A DNA stretch of 53,600 nucleotides from Candidatus Methanomethylicia archaeon (GCA_029259155.1 JAPDJI010000019.1:1-53600), one strand, 5' to 3'. Positions 1-9,777 are shown, counted from the stretch's first letter. The notes: generated by a model not told the origin, from the letters alone. Made by a program: numbers and translations.

Positions 1-853
1 GATTACTTGTTGGACAGTGAACCACCTTAACCCCACGCCTAGCTAAAACCTCAACATCCCTATCACTAAGCCAAACACAGTGAGCAGCCACCACATCAGG
101 CCCAAGCACACCCAAACCATCAAGATAAGCTGCTACGCCTTCGCCGACATCTACCTTAAAGGCCTCCTTTATCTTTAAGTGTTCATCTTCAGTCTCCGCC
201 AGGTGTATGTGCCATAGGATCTTTTCACCGTATTTACTACTTAGCTCCTCGGAAAGTTGCCGTAGCTCCTTCAAGTATTCTGGGTCTACGGTGTAGGGGG
301 CATGGGGGTCTATGGTGACCCTTATTCGTCCATTAAAAGAGCCATGCCACTTAACCATCATGTCATTTATAGCCTTTAGGTCAGCTTCCTTACGCCAGGA
401 GAAACATACATGCCCCACCATCCCTCTAAGCCCTGCCTCAGCTATCGCCTTAGCCTCGTTGTAGTCTGGGAAGAAATGGTACATGGTGTTTAGTACCGTT
501 ACACCCATTAATGCAGACTCAACAGCAGCTAAAAGAGCACCCACATAGATAGAGTAGCCGTCCATATGGGCTTCCAGCGGCCAGATTTTTTGTTCTAGCC
601 ATTGTTTTAGGGGTAGGTCGTCGGCGTAGCCTCTCAGCAGCGTCATAGCGGCGTGTGTATGAGCATTAACCAAACCAGGCAAAACTACGCAGCTTGAGGC
701 ATCGAGAACATCGTAGCCCCTATACTTAGAGGCTAGGTTTCTTCGAGGACCCACGTCGACTATTCGGCCGTCCTCCACCACTATAATGGCGTCTCGTAAC
801 ACTTCTCTATTTGACATGGTGATTACAGAGCCTGCTTTAACCACGAGGCTCAT
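1..853 (-). CDS. mtaD: Amidohydrolase, MTA/SAH deaminase family (runs off the left edge; not in the ORF track)
   Basis: Manual translation from ATG at 853: MSLVVKAGSVITM...VVLPGLVNAHTHAAMTLLRGYADDLPLKQWLEQKIWPLEA, with the HxH metal motif; later PHAPYT, HIHLAET and VAAHCVWL motifs. Confidence 0.8.
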   Translation of the reverse strand, partial: MSLVVKAGSVITMSNREVLRDAIIVVEDGRIVDVGPRRNLASKYRGYDVLDASSCVVLPGLVNAHTHAAMTLLRGYADDLPLKQWLEQKIWPLEAHMDGYSIYVGALLAAVESALMGVTVLNTMYHFFPDYNEAKAIAEAGLRGMVGHVCFSWRKEADLKAINDMMVKWHGSFNGRIRVTIDPHAPYTVDPEYLKELRQLSEELSSKYGEKILWHIHLAETEDEHLKIKEAFKVDVGEGVAAYLDGLGVLGPDVVAAHCVWLSDRDVEVLARRGVKVVHCPTSN

Positions 854-1929
854 GTAGAAGCCTCCAGGTAGTCGTTGACTTTGTCTGGGTCGAAGTTTTC
901 TGTCTTTAAAGAGTTAAAGGCGAAGTTGAGTAGTTTTTTCCTGACATCTTTAGCTAGGGTTGGGTACCAGACGGGGCTTGCGATTACTAGAGCTCGCCAG
1001 GCATAGAAGGGTTGAATGACCTTGAAGAGCTCTTCATCGCCTGTGCGGTCTAGGTAGTTAGAGATGAAGAGTTTATAGAGCTCCTCGAAGCCTCCTTCAA
1101 GCCTTCCCTTACTTCTAAGCGAGAAGAAGAGGTAGTTTATGGTCATAGCTGCTACATCATCAGCAGCCTCCCCAAACTCCCCTCTGCTCCGGTCAAGTAC
1201 CGTGAACTCTGTGCCGTGGGTGAAGAGGACGTTCCATGGATGATAGTCACCATGTACTCGGCATAACCTATAGGTTTTCTCCTTAAGCCTCCATCTCCAC
1301 TCTACGCAGAGCTTCTCGAGCTCGATGAACTCTTCTCTGCTAATGAAGTCGGTGGGAGCTGGATAGTTGTCGATGATACCCATTATACACTCGCCGTGGC
1401 CGATGAGCTCTCTGACCCTTCTAACGTATAGCTCAGGCTCCTTACTCTTCACAGAATGGATCTCAACCAGATAGTCGGAGAGGGCTTTACAACGTTTCCT
1501 ATCCAAGTCCACTATGTGACCTCTCTCCGCTATTTCTTCTAGGTCTCTCCAGTACTCTCTACCTTCAGCTTTCTCTACGAGGAGGAAGAATTCCTCAAAG
1601 TTCTTGAGGCTTATCAGCTCTTTATCGCAGGTGAAGACCCCTAAGTCCAGAGCCTTAACATGTCTAGGAAGCTTAGAGTAGGCGGAGTATGCCCAGATTA
1701 AGGACTGAGCTCTATCAGCTGGGTGTTCATGTCCAAAGTGGTCGGGCTTCATGGTTTGAAGTACCGCTCTCTTAATCTCACCTGATACCTTAAACTCAAG
1801 TAGGTATGGGACGCCGTAGCCAAACTCCTTTACATCGCCAGGCCCTCCTCCAAGCCTCTCCGCTCTAACCAACTCCACTGATTGATTGAAAACCCTAGAA
1901 AGGTAGTGTTCAAGCTGAGCCTTATCCAA
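850..1929 (-). CDS. Aminoglycoside phosphotransferase/choline kinase-like small-molecule kinase
   Basis: Brenner-type motif RVHGDYHPWNVLF followed by VLD...GE..DDVA; overlaps the downstream start by 4 nt. Confidence 0.75.
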   Translation of the reverse strand: MDKAQLEHYLSRVFNQSVELVRAERLGGGPGDVKEFGYGVPYLLEFKVSGEIKRAVLQTMKPDHFGHEHPADRAQSLIWAYSAYSKLPRHVKALDLGVFTCDKELISLKNFEEFFLLVEKAEGREYWRDLEEIAERGHIVDLDRKRCKALSDYLVEIHSVKSKEPELYVRRVRELIGHGECIMGIIDNYPAPTDFISREEFIELEKLCVEWRWRLKEKTYRLCRVHGDYHPWNVLFTHGTEFTVLDRSRGEFGEAADDVAAMTINYLFFSLRSKGRLEGGFEELYKLFISNYLDRTGDEELFKVIQPFYAWRALVIASPVWYPTLAKDVRKKLLNFAFNSLKTENFDPDKVNDYLEAST

Positions 1930-1980
1930 AGCTCCTTCCCCGTTTAAGGCTTAGCCTTCGAGGTATAATAAGCCTGACCG

Positions 1981-2514
1981 TTAAAGGTAGCCTAGCTCCT
2001 TAAGCTTACGTTCAATTTTAGCTGCCGCGTCCTCAGGTCTCTCTCTATCGGCTTCCACTACCACCTCCGGGTTTAAAGGCTCTTCATAGGGTTTTTGGAG
2101 TCCTGGGAGCTCTGTAATTTCGCCTCTGAGAGCTTTCCTATACAGCCCCTTAGGGTCTCTGTTAATAGCTACCTCCAAGGGGCACTTAACGTAAACCTCC
2201 AAGAACCTAGATAGCCTCCTTCTAGCTTCATCTCTATAAACCCTTTTATTAGCGGTGGCGTCAAAAATCACGTTAACTCCATGTTTAACCAGTAGCTCCC
2301 CAATGTACACTAGCGCTCTATAAAAGGCTTCCCTCTCATCCTCTGTGTAGGTAGGGCGTGGAGTTAAAGACTTACGTACCTCATCAGACTCGAGGATCTG
2401 CACCTTAACCCCCCTAGCTTTAATCCTCTCTTCGAGCGCTCGCGCTATGGTGCTCTTCCCCGACGAAGGTATGCCGGTGAGCCAAACCGCGAAGCCTTCC
2501 ACCCTTAACCCCAC
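1981..2514 (-). CDS. cysC: Adenylylsulfate kinase-like P-loop kinase
   Basis: WLTGIPSSGKSTIA P-loop; RDPKGLY and PGLQKPYEEPLNPE motifs. Confidence 0.75.
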   Translation of the reverse strand: MGLRVEGFAVWLTGIPSSGKSTIARALEERIKARGVKVQILESDEVRKSLTPRPTYTEDEREAFYRALVYIGELLVKHGVNVIFDATANKRVYRDEARRRLSRFLEVYVKCPLEVAINRDPKGLYRKALRGEITELPGLQKPYEEPLNPEVVVEADRERPEDAAAKIERKLKELGYL

Positions 2515-2573
2515 CTATACTCTGAGAGGCGGCAAGCTTAAGTCTCGCTCAGTCTTCATGCACCTGAATAGAC

Positions 2574-4271
2574 ATGGACAAGAAACTAGTAGTCACTGCA
2601 GCTTTACCTTACGCTAACGGAGACTTACATGTAGGCCACGCTATAAGCACCTATATCCCAGCCGACATCTATGTTAGGTTTAAGCGGTTAAAGGGCTACG
2701 ACGTGGTTTTCGTTTGTGGAAGTGACGACCACGGCACTCCCATAGAGGTCTCGGCGTTGAAAGCGGGCAGGTCTCCGCTGGAACATGCAAGGTACTATCA
2801 TGATAGACACGCTGAAGATTTCAGGCTCCTCAACATCTCCTTCGATAACTACCACTATACTCATAGTGAGGAGAACAGGGAGCTAACGGAGAGCTTCCTG
2901 ATCAAAGCCAGGGAGGGAGGTTTCATCTACACTAGGGAAGTTGAACAGTACTACTGCGAGAGGGATCGAAAGTTTCTTCCTGACCGTTTCGTGGTGGGCA
3001 CATGCCCTTACTGCGGTGCTGAAAACCAGTTCAGCGACCTTTGCGAGAAGTGCGGTAGGGTCATAGAGCCTGGAAAGATACTTAACCCTAAATGCGCTGT
3101 ATGCGGCTCAACCCCTATTAAACGTAGATCCCTCCACTTCTTCTTCAAGCTCAGCGCTTTCAGGGAGAAGCTATACTCTTGGCTAAGCTCAGCTTCAAGC
3201 CGTGACTTCCCCAAGGAGGTGGTTAACTACGTGCTCAACTGGCTCCAAGCAGGCCTTGAAGACTGGGACATAACACGTGAAGATTACTGGGGCTTTAAGT
3301 TACCTTTCAAGGAGGCCTCCGACAACCAGTACGTCTATGTCTGGTGGGACGCGCCTATAGGTTACATAGCCTCTACTGTGAATTACTGCCGTAGAGCAGG
3401 TAGGGATTGGGAGACGTACTGGAAGGACCCTTCAAGCAAGGTAGTCCACTTCATAGGCAAGGACATAGTCTACCACCACTTCATCTTCTGGCCAGCCATG
3501 CTCCTAGCTGCTGGTTTTCCGCTACCAGGGAAGTACGTAGTCAACGGGTACTTGACCCTTGAAGGAGAAAAGATGTCTAAGAGTAGGGGGTGGCTGATAC
3601 CTTTAAGGTACCTGCTCGAACGCTACCCATCAGACTACCTGAGGTACTATGCTTGTTTCAAAGCCGCTAACTCCACGAGGGATAGCGACTTTAGCTTAAG
3701 GGAGTTCCAACGCAAAGTCAACAACGAGCTTGCTGATAACATAGGTAACTATGCTCACAGAGTGCTCGTATTAATACATAGATTTTTCGATGGAATCGTG
3801 CCCAACCCCTCTTGCTTTGATCAGGACGATGAAAGGTTTAAGGCCTTCATTGAGAAAGCGCCTTCAGAACTCGAACCGATCTACGAGGAAGCCGACTTCA
3901 CGAAGGTGGGCGACCGTATACTACAAGCCTTCTCCGAGGCTAACAGCTATCTTAACTTAAAGGAGCCTTGGAGGAAAGCTAAGCAAAACGTAGAGGAAGC
4001 GGCTACAGCTATTTACTTAAGTGTAAATTTCCTGAGGGACGCCATGGTGGCCATGTACCCCATCACACCCACCTTATCCTCCCGAGTGTTGTCCTTCATT
4101 CACGTTGACGGAGACCTACAGCTCAGCTGGGATAGCCTAGGCAGGTTTCTCGTGAAGCCTGGACAGCGCATAGCTCGCCCTCAGCCCGTAGTCAAGAAGA
4201 TCATCGACGCAGAGATTGAGGAGGACTTGGAGAGGCTTAGGAGAGGCTTCCTAGAAGAAGAGCCTGGTTGA
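2574..4271 (+). CDS. metG: Methionyl-tRNA synthetase (short form, no C-terminal tRNA-binding domain)
   Basis: ALPYANGDLHVGH, GSDDHGTPI, Zn-knuckle CPYC/CEKC, YVWWDAPIGY, GKDI, KMSKSRG. Confidence 0.97.
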   Translation: MDKKLVVTAALPYANGDLHVGHAISTYIPADIYVRFKRLKGYDVVFVCGSDDHGTPIEVSALKAGRSPLEHARYYHDRHAEDFRLLNISFDNYHYTHSEENRELTESFLIKAREGGFIYTREVEQYYCERDRKFLPDRFVVGTCPYCGAENQFSDLCEKCGRVIEPGKILNPKCAVCGSTPIKRRSLHFFFKLSAFREKLYSWLSSASSRDFPKEVVNYVLNWLQAGLEDWDITREDYWGFKLPFKEASDNQYVYVWWDAPIGYIASTVNYCRRAGRDWETYWKDPSSKVVHFIGKDIVYHHFIFWPAMLLAAGFPLPGKYVVNGYLTLEGEKMSKSRGWLIPLRYLLERYPSDYLRYYACFKAANSTRDSDFSLREFQRKVNNELADNIGNYAHRVLVLIHRFFDGIVPNPSCFDQDDERFKAFIEKAPSELEPIYEEADFTKVGDRILQAFSEANSYLNLKEPWRKAKQNVEEAATAIYLSVNFLRDAMVAMYPITPTLSSRVLSFIHVDGDLQLSWDSLGRFLVKPGQRIARPQPVVKKIIDAEIEEDLERLRRGFLEEEPG

Positions 4272-4317
4272 GGTTTTCTCACACTTATAGACCTCGCTGT
4301 CTATATCTACGGAGAGA

Positions 4318-5607
4318 GTGAAGGTGACTATTACGCCGACGGTATACCTTGAAACCTACGGTTGCTGGCTCAATCAAGGCGACTCAGAGATAATGCTGGC
4401 TCTCCTCGAAGACATAGGCTTTACAAAGGTGAAGGCTCCTGAGCAAGCCGACCTCATACTTGTCAACACCTGTGCGGTTAGAGGCGAAACAGAACGTAAA
4501 ATCTTGAGAAGGCTCAAGGCTTTAGACGCTATACGTAAACCTGGCTCGAAGCTCATAGTTGCTGGATGCTTAGCTACCTATAGGCCGGCTCTGATTGCCT
4601 CAACAGCTCCTTCAGCTAGTCTACTCTCCACTTTCTCCGTCGAAAAGGTGGTTGAGGTCACCCTCACGCCGGGGAGGTTGGCAGTTTTAGATAAGGGTCC
4701 TAGGAGGTACCTGCGCCTCCCGAGGTTTAAGGGAGGTAGAAGGTGTGTAGTCCCCATAGCTGTAGGGTGTTTAGGTAGCTGTGCTTACTGCGTCATGCCG
4801 CTGTCTAGAGGACCGCTACGGAGCTATCCTCCAAGCGAAGTGTTGAGGTATGTTAAGGAGGCGGTGGAGGCTGGGGCGAGGGAGGTCTACCTAGTGGCTC
4901 AAGACGCTGCTGCTTATGGACGAGACATAGGATACTCTCTTCCAAACCTCCTCCGCGACATATGTAAAGTGGAGGGAGAGTTTATGGTGAGGGTCGGCAT
5001 GATGGAGCCTTCCACCACGCTTAAGGTACTTCAACCGCTCCTCGAAGCCTTTAGCGATGATAAGGTTTACAAGTTTCTCCACTGTCCCGTGCAGTCTGGG
5101 AGCGATAAGGTGTTGGAACTGATGAATAGAAGGTATAACGTGGACGTTTTCCTGTCCATTGTGGAGGCTTATCGCTCAAGTTTCCCTGATGGAAGCTTGG
5201 CTACCGACATCATGGTAGGGCTGCCGGGCGAGGAGGAGGCGGACTTTAAACAGACCTGTGAGCTACTTAAGAGGATAGAGCCGGATAAAGTACACATAGC
5301 CCGTTTCACCCCCAGACCACTTACGCCAGCTGCCTCCATGCCTCATCCACCCGACTGGGTTAAGAAGGAGAGGTCTAGGAGGCTCACCCTCCTTGTTGAT
5401 GAGCTTACTCTCCAACGTAATAGGCGCTGGCTAGGCAGAGAGGTGAAGGTTCTCGTTACGGGCGAGGTTAAGGAAGGTTCTCTCATGGGGAGAACCTATA
5501 CCTATAAACCTGTTGTCTTGCCTAAGCAGCCAGGCTTAGCTTGGAGATGGGTCAATGCATCGATCACCGAGGCCCACCCATACTACCTTAAAGCCACCTT
5601 ACTTTAA
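4318..5607 (+). CDS. mtaB: tRNA t6A37 methylthiotransferase (archaeal MtaB/CDKAL1 type); start codon uncertain
   Basis: ETYGC...NTCAV...GCLA UPF0004 domain, CLGSCAYC radical SAM motif, C-terminal TRAM-like domain. Confidence 0.88.
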   Translation: MKVTITPTVYLETYGCWLNQGDSEIMLALLEDIGFTKVKAPEQADLILVNTCAVRGETERKILRRLKALDAIRKPGSKLIVAGCLATYRPALIASTAPSASLLSTFSVEKVVEVTLTPGRLAVLDKGPRRYLRLPRFKGGRRCVVPIAVGCLGSCAYCVMPLSRGPLRSYPPSEVLRYVKEAVEAGAREVYLVAQDAAAYGRDIGYSLPNLLRDICKVEGEFMVRVGMMEPSTTLKVLQPLLEAFSDDKVYKFLHCPVQSGSDKVLELMNRRYNVDVFLSIVEAYRSSFPDGSLATDIMVGLPGEEEADFKQTCELLKRIEPDKVHIARFTPRPLTPAASMPHPPDWVKKERSRRLTLLVDELTLQRNRRWLGREVKVLVTGEVKEGSLMGRTYTYKPVVLPKQPGLAWRWVNASITEAHPYYLKATLL

Positions 5608-5876
5608 CCTCCTCCAACGGGAGGGAGTAGGGCTACTACGTCTCCATCCTTAAGCTCATGTTCCAGGCCGACGCTTTTAGCGTTCACCAACACAGTGTAG
5701 CCTTTAGCTAGCTCCCCGCTCTCATTTAACGCTGTGCCTAGGAATACTTGAGGCCACCTACCAGCGAGAAGGCGGAGGAGGTCGCTTAGCTTAGCTCCAT
5801 CCTTTAACTCCACTTCAACCCTACCACTGCTCATTTTTTCCCTGAGCTGAGCAAATAGCTTAACCTCCACCTTCAC
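5604..5876 (-). CDS. MoaD/ThiS/SAMP ubiquitin-like sulfur carrier
   Basis: VKLFAQLRE N-terminus, LKDGDVVALLPPVGGG C-terminal di-glycine. Confidence 0.92.
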   Translation of the reverse strand: MKVEVKLFAQLREKMSSGRVEVELKDGAKLSDLLRLLAGRWPQVFLGTALNESGELAKGYTVLVNAKSVGLEHELKDGDVVALLPPVGGG

Positions 5877-5962
5877 TTACCTTCACCTCAAACGTTGACC
5901 TGCCGTGGCTGAGAAGCTACTTAACGAGGGGTTTAAGAGGCTTTACTTAACCTTAAAGCTAG

Positions 5963-7060
5963 ATGCAGGGTAAGGAGCGTAAGTGGGCCTATTTAACCCT
6001 TCATTCTAAGTGGGATCGCACAGACCTTGACATACCTATCTACAGAGCTTCGGCTCGCGGCCGAGTAGTCCCCCTCTTTAAAGCTTTAACCTCAAGCTTC
6101 TGCCTGAATGAATGTCTCTACTGCGCTCTACGTGCCCCTCGAAGTATAGCTAGAGCTAGATGGACCCCTGAGCTTCTCGCGGAGGTTGGTTTTAAGTTAT
6201 GGAAGAGCGGCCTCGTGGAAGGTGTTTTCTTAACATCTACTGTTGACCGTGACCCTGACCGCTCAATGGAGGTGGAGTTAGAAACCGCTGAGAGGCTTAG
6301 AGCTATGGGTTTCACAGGCTACATTCACCTGCGCGTAATGCCTGGATGTAGCCGCCACTTAATAGCTAGGGCAGCTGAGCTAGCTAACCGTATAGGTGTT
6401 AACTTAGAGGCAGCTTCCTCTGACATATTCGGTGAGCTCTGTCCAGACAAGGGGGATTATCTTAACGACCTAGTAAAGAGGTTGGAGTGGTGTGTAGAGG
6501 AGGCTTCAAGGGCTAGGAGTGAAGGTTTCAACATCGACGTGGACACCCAAGTAATAGTAGGCGCCTCTATGGACAACGACCTCTCATTTCTGGAGCTGAC
6601 TTGGCGCCTCTATAGGCACCGTCTACTTCGAAGAGTCTACTATAGCGGTTTCGAGCCCATTAAAAATACTCCTCTACAGCAGCATCCTCCATGCTCTAGG
6701 CTCCGTGAACATAGGCTCTACCAGGCCTCCTTCCTCCTACGAGACTACGGCTTCACGTTAAACGACTTAAACCCTCTCCTAGACGGCCGAGGCATGTTGC
6801 CCAACGCTAGCAACCTTAAGCTCCTCTACGCTAAACGTAACCCAGAACTATACCCCGTAGACCTCAACGAGGCCTCCTACGACATGCTGCTTAAGGTACC
6901 CTTCATAGGCCCTAGGACAGCCAAGAAGCTAGTGAAGCTACGAAAGGAGAAAGGTAAGGTAACACCAGGCGACTTAAAGCTGCTTCTCGGCGAAGCAAGG
7001 TTTAGGTTAGCCAAGCTCTACGTAGCTGTTCAAGGGAAAAGCCTAGTAGACTTTATATAA
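5963..7060 (+). CDS. Putative DNA modification/repair radical SAM protein with C-terminal helix-hairpin-helix
   Basis: CLNECLYC, GYIHLRVMPG, RRVYYSGFEPI, REHRLYQASFLLRDYGF, VDLNEAS..LLKVPFIGPRTA (HhH). Confidence 0.85.
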   Translation: MQGKERKWAYLTLHSKWDRTDLDIPIYRASARGRVVPLFKALTSSFCLNECLYCALRAPRSIARARWTPELLAEVGFKLWKSGLVEGVFLTSTVDRDPDRSMEVELETAERLRAMGFTGYIHLRVMPGCSRHLIARAAELANRIGVNLEAASSDIFGELCPDKGDYLNDLVKRLEWCVEEASRARSEGFNIDVDTQVIVGASMDNDLSFLELTWRLYRHRLLRRVYYSGFEPIKNTPLQQHPPCSRLREHRLYQASFLLRDYGFTLNDLNPLLDGRGMLPNASNLKLLYAKRNPELYPVDLNEASYDMLLKVPFIGPRTAKKLVKLRKEKGKVTPGDLKLLLGEARFRLAKLYVAVQGKSLVDFI

Positions 7061-8751
7061 TGCGTTCCTCAACAGCCTTAGAACAGTGCATCTCCATGGC
7101 TCGCTGGCTTAATCTCACGCTCTTAACCTTAACATTCCTTGTCGTAGCCCTTACTCCTCAAGCCTATGCTCAGCCCAGCGTCTACGCTGAGCGTAGGGTA
7201 GAGGTTTACCTAAACCACCTGGTTTTAAAGGACACCATAACCATCCTCTCAGCCCCCTTTAACTTAACCTTCGCGCTTCCAACCTCCATCGAGGAGGACC
7301 TCTTAACCATCTATGTAACCTCACCTAGCGGAGAAATTATTCAGCCTACAAGGCTTGGAGTAGAAGGAAACCTAACATTGTTCAGCTGCCTCATCCAGGA
7401 TGAGGGCAGAGCGGAGGTCGTATACACCCTCTTTAACCCTGCCCAAGGCTTAAACAGGACTTTAATCCTACCGCTCTATCCCATTTTAGGCTTCGATGTC
7501 GAGCAGTGTAACGTCACCTTCACCTACCCTCAGGAAGCCTACGTAGTCCAGGTCTACACGTTGGGTGTAGAGGTCTTAGAGGGTGAGAGGCCTATCAAGG
7601 CGGTTAACATTTCAGGCCCTCTTCCTCCTTTCACGTTGACCTGGCTCAACTCCACCTACGCATTGAACCGTGAAGTCGAGAAATTCATCTGTGTTGAAGC
7701 CTTACGAGAACTGAACCTAGAACCTAACGGCGAGTTTGAAGCCTCTGAGACCTTGACCTTCCAGGGCTTAAACCCCAGCGACAGGGTCCAAGTAATAGAG
7801 TTCACCCTACCACCAGGCGTTGAGGAGGTAAAGGTGAGAGACTTCTTTGGCTTCTTCGAAAAACGAGATAGCTTAGATCTTTTACTGTCAGCTAACTACG
7901 AAGTAGACCAGCTGGAGAACGCTACCATCATTAAGGTTAGGCCTAGGTTCACCCTTGGCTACGGAGAAAACGTCACCTTCACCGTCACCTACCACTCTTG
8001 CCTAGAAGGGACGGGTGAAGTCACCCTACCCACCCTACCCTTCAATGACCAACCCATCCTTCACTTAACCCTAATCCTCCATCCTCCTCCGGGAACCACA
8101 GAATTTGAGGCTGATCCTCCACTAAGCCTAGAACAAGTCGACGGTTCAACCATAGCTAAATATACCTGTATAAACCTCTACCCTCCTCCTACCACCTCAG
8201 TCACCGTGAGGTTCACCCTAGGTTTTACTCTACCTATCGCGTTGACACCTATGCTCTTAGTTCTCGTGGTGGTCCTCGTAGCCTCCACCTTCATCATGGT
8301 TAAGGCCAGGAGACCTCTCCCCACACCAACCATAGCTGAGCCGTACCCTCAGTGGCTTATCGACCACTACGACGAGAAAATCGCGATACTTGACAAGCGA
8401 AGAAGACTCTACAGAGACTTCGGTGCAGGCAAGATCAAACGGAGAATCTACGAACACCAGCTACGCGCCCTTAACATCGAGCTCTCCAAGTTAGAAGACC
8501 GGATCAAAGAGCTCAAGAAGAAAGTAAAGGAGGCTAAACCAAGCTATGTGGACTCCTTATCCATGCTTGATGAAATCGATAAAGAACTAGAAGAACTCGA
8601 GGAGACTAGGAGAAACATCGAGTCCAAGTTCAGGACAGGGAAAACGACTAGGAGGGAGTTCGAGGAAAACATGACAAAACTCTCTGAGAGACAAGCTGCT
8701 CTCCAAGCCAAACTAAGAGAAGCCCTCTCTAAATTAAGGGCGCAACGCTAA
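7060..8751 (+). CDS. Ribophorin I (OST1/RPN1)-like single-pass membrane protein; likely start at 7096
   Basis: Signal peptide, beta-rich ectodomain with FTLPPGVEEVKVRDFFG and KVRPRFTLGYGENVTFTVTY, one TM helix, C-terminal helical/coiled-coil domain. Confidence 0.6.
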   Translation: MRSSTALEQCISMARWLNLTLLTLTFLVVALTPQAYAQPSVYAERRVEVYLNHLVLKDTITILSAPFNLTFALPTSIEEDLLTIYVTSPSGEIIQPTRLGVEGNLTLFSCLIQDEGRAEVVYTLFNPAQGLNRTLILPLYPILGFDVEQCNVTFTYPQEAYVVQVYTLGVEVLEGERPIKAVNISGPLPPFTLTWLNSTYALNREVEKFICVEALRELNLEPNGEFEASETLTFQGLNPSDRVQVIEFTLPPGVEEVKVRDFFGFFEKRDSLDLLLSANYEVDQLENATIIKVRPRFTLGYGENVTFTVTYHSCLEGTGEVTLPTLPFNDQPILHLTLILHPPPGTTEFEADPPLSLEQVDGSTIAKYTCINLYPPPTTSVTVRFTLGFTLPIALTPMLLVLVVVLVASTFIMVKARRPLPTPTIAEPYPQWLIDHYDEKIAILDKRRRLYRDFGAGKIKRRIYEHQLRALNIELSKLEDRIKELKKKVKEAKPSYVDSLSMLDEIDKELEELEETRRNIESKFRTGKTTRREFEENMTKLSERQAALQAKLREALSKLRAQR

Positions 8752-8779
8752 AAAACAACTTCATAAACCCTACTTCCGA

Positions 8780-8852
8780 AGCCGGGTGGTGTAGCGGCCA
8801 AGCATCACGGGCTCTGGCCCCGTGGACGGCGGTTCAAATCCGCCCCCGGCTA
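8780..8852 (+). tRNA. tRNA-Gln(CTG), no intron
   Basis: AGCCGGG/CCCGGCT acceptor stem (A1-U72), ACGGG-CT-CTG-GC-CCCGT anticodon arm, GGTTCAAATCC T-arm. Confidence 0.96.
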
Positions 8853-8988
8853 TAATTAAAACATTACTGTAACTTCTTAACGCAACACACATCCTCTTGT
8901 TATCTAATGATAGGCTCTTCTTGTCTAATGTTTTAAAGAGCCTGTTAATGTAAATCTTTTATAAATGTTGATCTTCAGATTCTTTGAT

Positions 8989-9177
8989 ATGAGCGACGAA
9001 GCTAAGATCGTTGGGATATTGAAGCAGAATCCGGCTGGGCTTGGTACCATGCAGATAGTTAAACTAAGTGGGTTAAAGAGGGCTCAGGTATCGAGGATCT
9101 TAGAGGAGCTTGTAAGTAAAGGGGTCGTTGTTAAGAAGACGAAGGGTTGCCGCGTAACTTACGTGGTTAAAGAATAA
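8989..9177 (+). CDS. Small winged helix-turn-helix protein
   Basis: MSDEAKIVGILKQNPAGLGTMQIVKLSGLKRAQVSRILEELVSKGVVVK...RVTYVV wHTH pattern. Confidence 0.7.
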   Translation: MSDEAKIVGILKQNPAGLGTMQIVKLSGLKRAQVSRILEELVSKGVVVKKTKGCRVTYVVKE

Positions 9178-9324
9178 CGTGTTGTAATAGCGGTTTCAAT
9201 GTTTTCGGGCTCGTCGGGCCGCGATGACCATTGTAAAAAAACTCTACGTAAACCTGCTCTTCCACGTAGTAATGATGTTTATAAAAAATATTGAACTTTA
9301 GTTGAATGCTGATTATCGATCTGC

Positions 9325-9693
9325 CTACGTAGTCTTTGTGGTTATGGCTAAGAGCCCGCCTACGAAACCAAGCACAGATCCGATGATGAGGCCGCCGCCG
9401 GCTATGAGGCTCAGGAGGGAGAAGACGAGTACGATGATCCCCCAAGTGCTAAGCTGTTGAGGAACTTTATACATCATAATGGCCCCTGCAAACACCAAAG
9501 CTCCCGCTATGATTCCTATTATGGAGAAGGTCGACATCATGCTTTGAAGACCGTTCATCCAAGGTCCCATCATCCAATGTTCATGAGAAATAGGCATTAC
9601 GAGAAGGCTCCAGTAAAGCCTCAGTGTGCTGTATATCAGAATTGTTGTGCCGGATATCAATGAAAGCATGAATGCTGGATAGCTATTACTCAA
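9325..9693 (-). CDS. Small integral membrane protein, unknown function
   Basis: Four hydrophobic segments, GGGLIIGSVLGFVGGLLAI motif, His/Met-rich loop (SHEHWMMGPWM). Confidence 0.7.
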   Translation of the reverse strand: MSNSYPAFMLSLISGTTILIYSTLRLYWSLLVMPISHEHWMMGPWMNGLQSMMSTFSIIGIIAGALVFAGAIMMYKVPQQLSTWGIIVLVFSLLSLIAGGGLIIGSVLGFVGGLLAITTKTT

Positions 9694-9777
9694 GATTTAC
9701 AACTCTACATGTGTTACTTATCGTGTTATAAATGCGTTTCCCCAAGATCATGCGCGTTTCTTTTTCTACGTTGTAAA

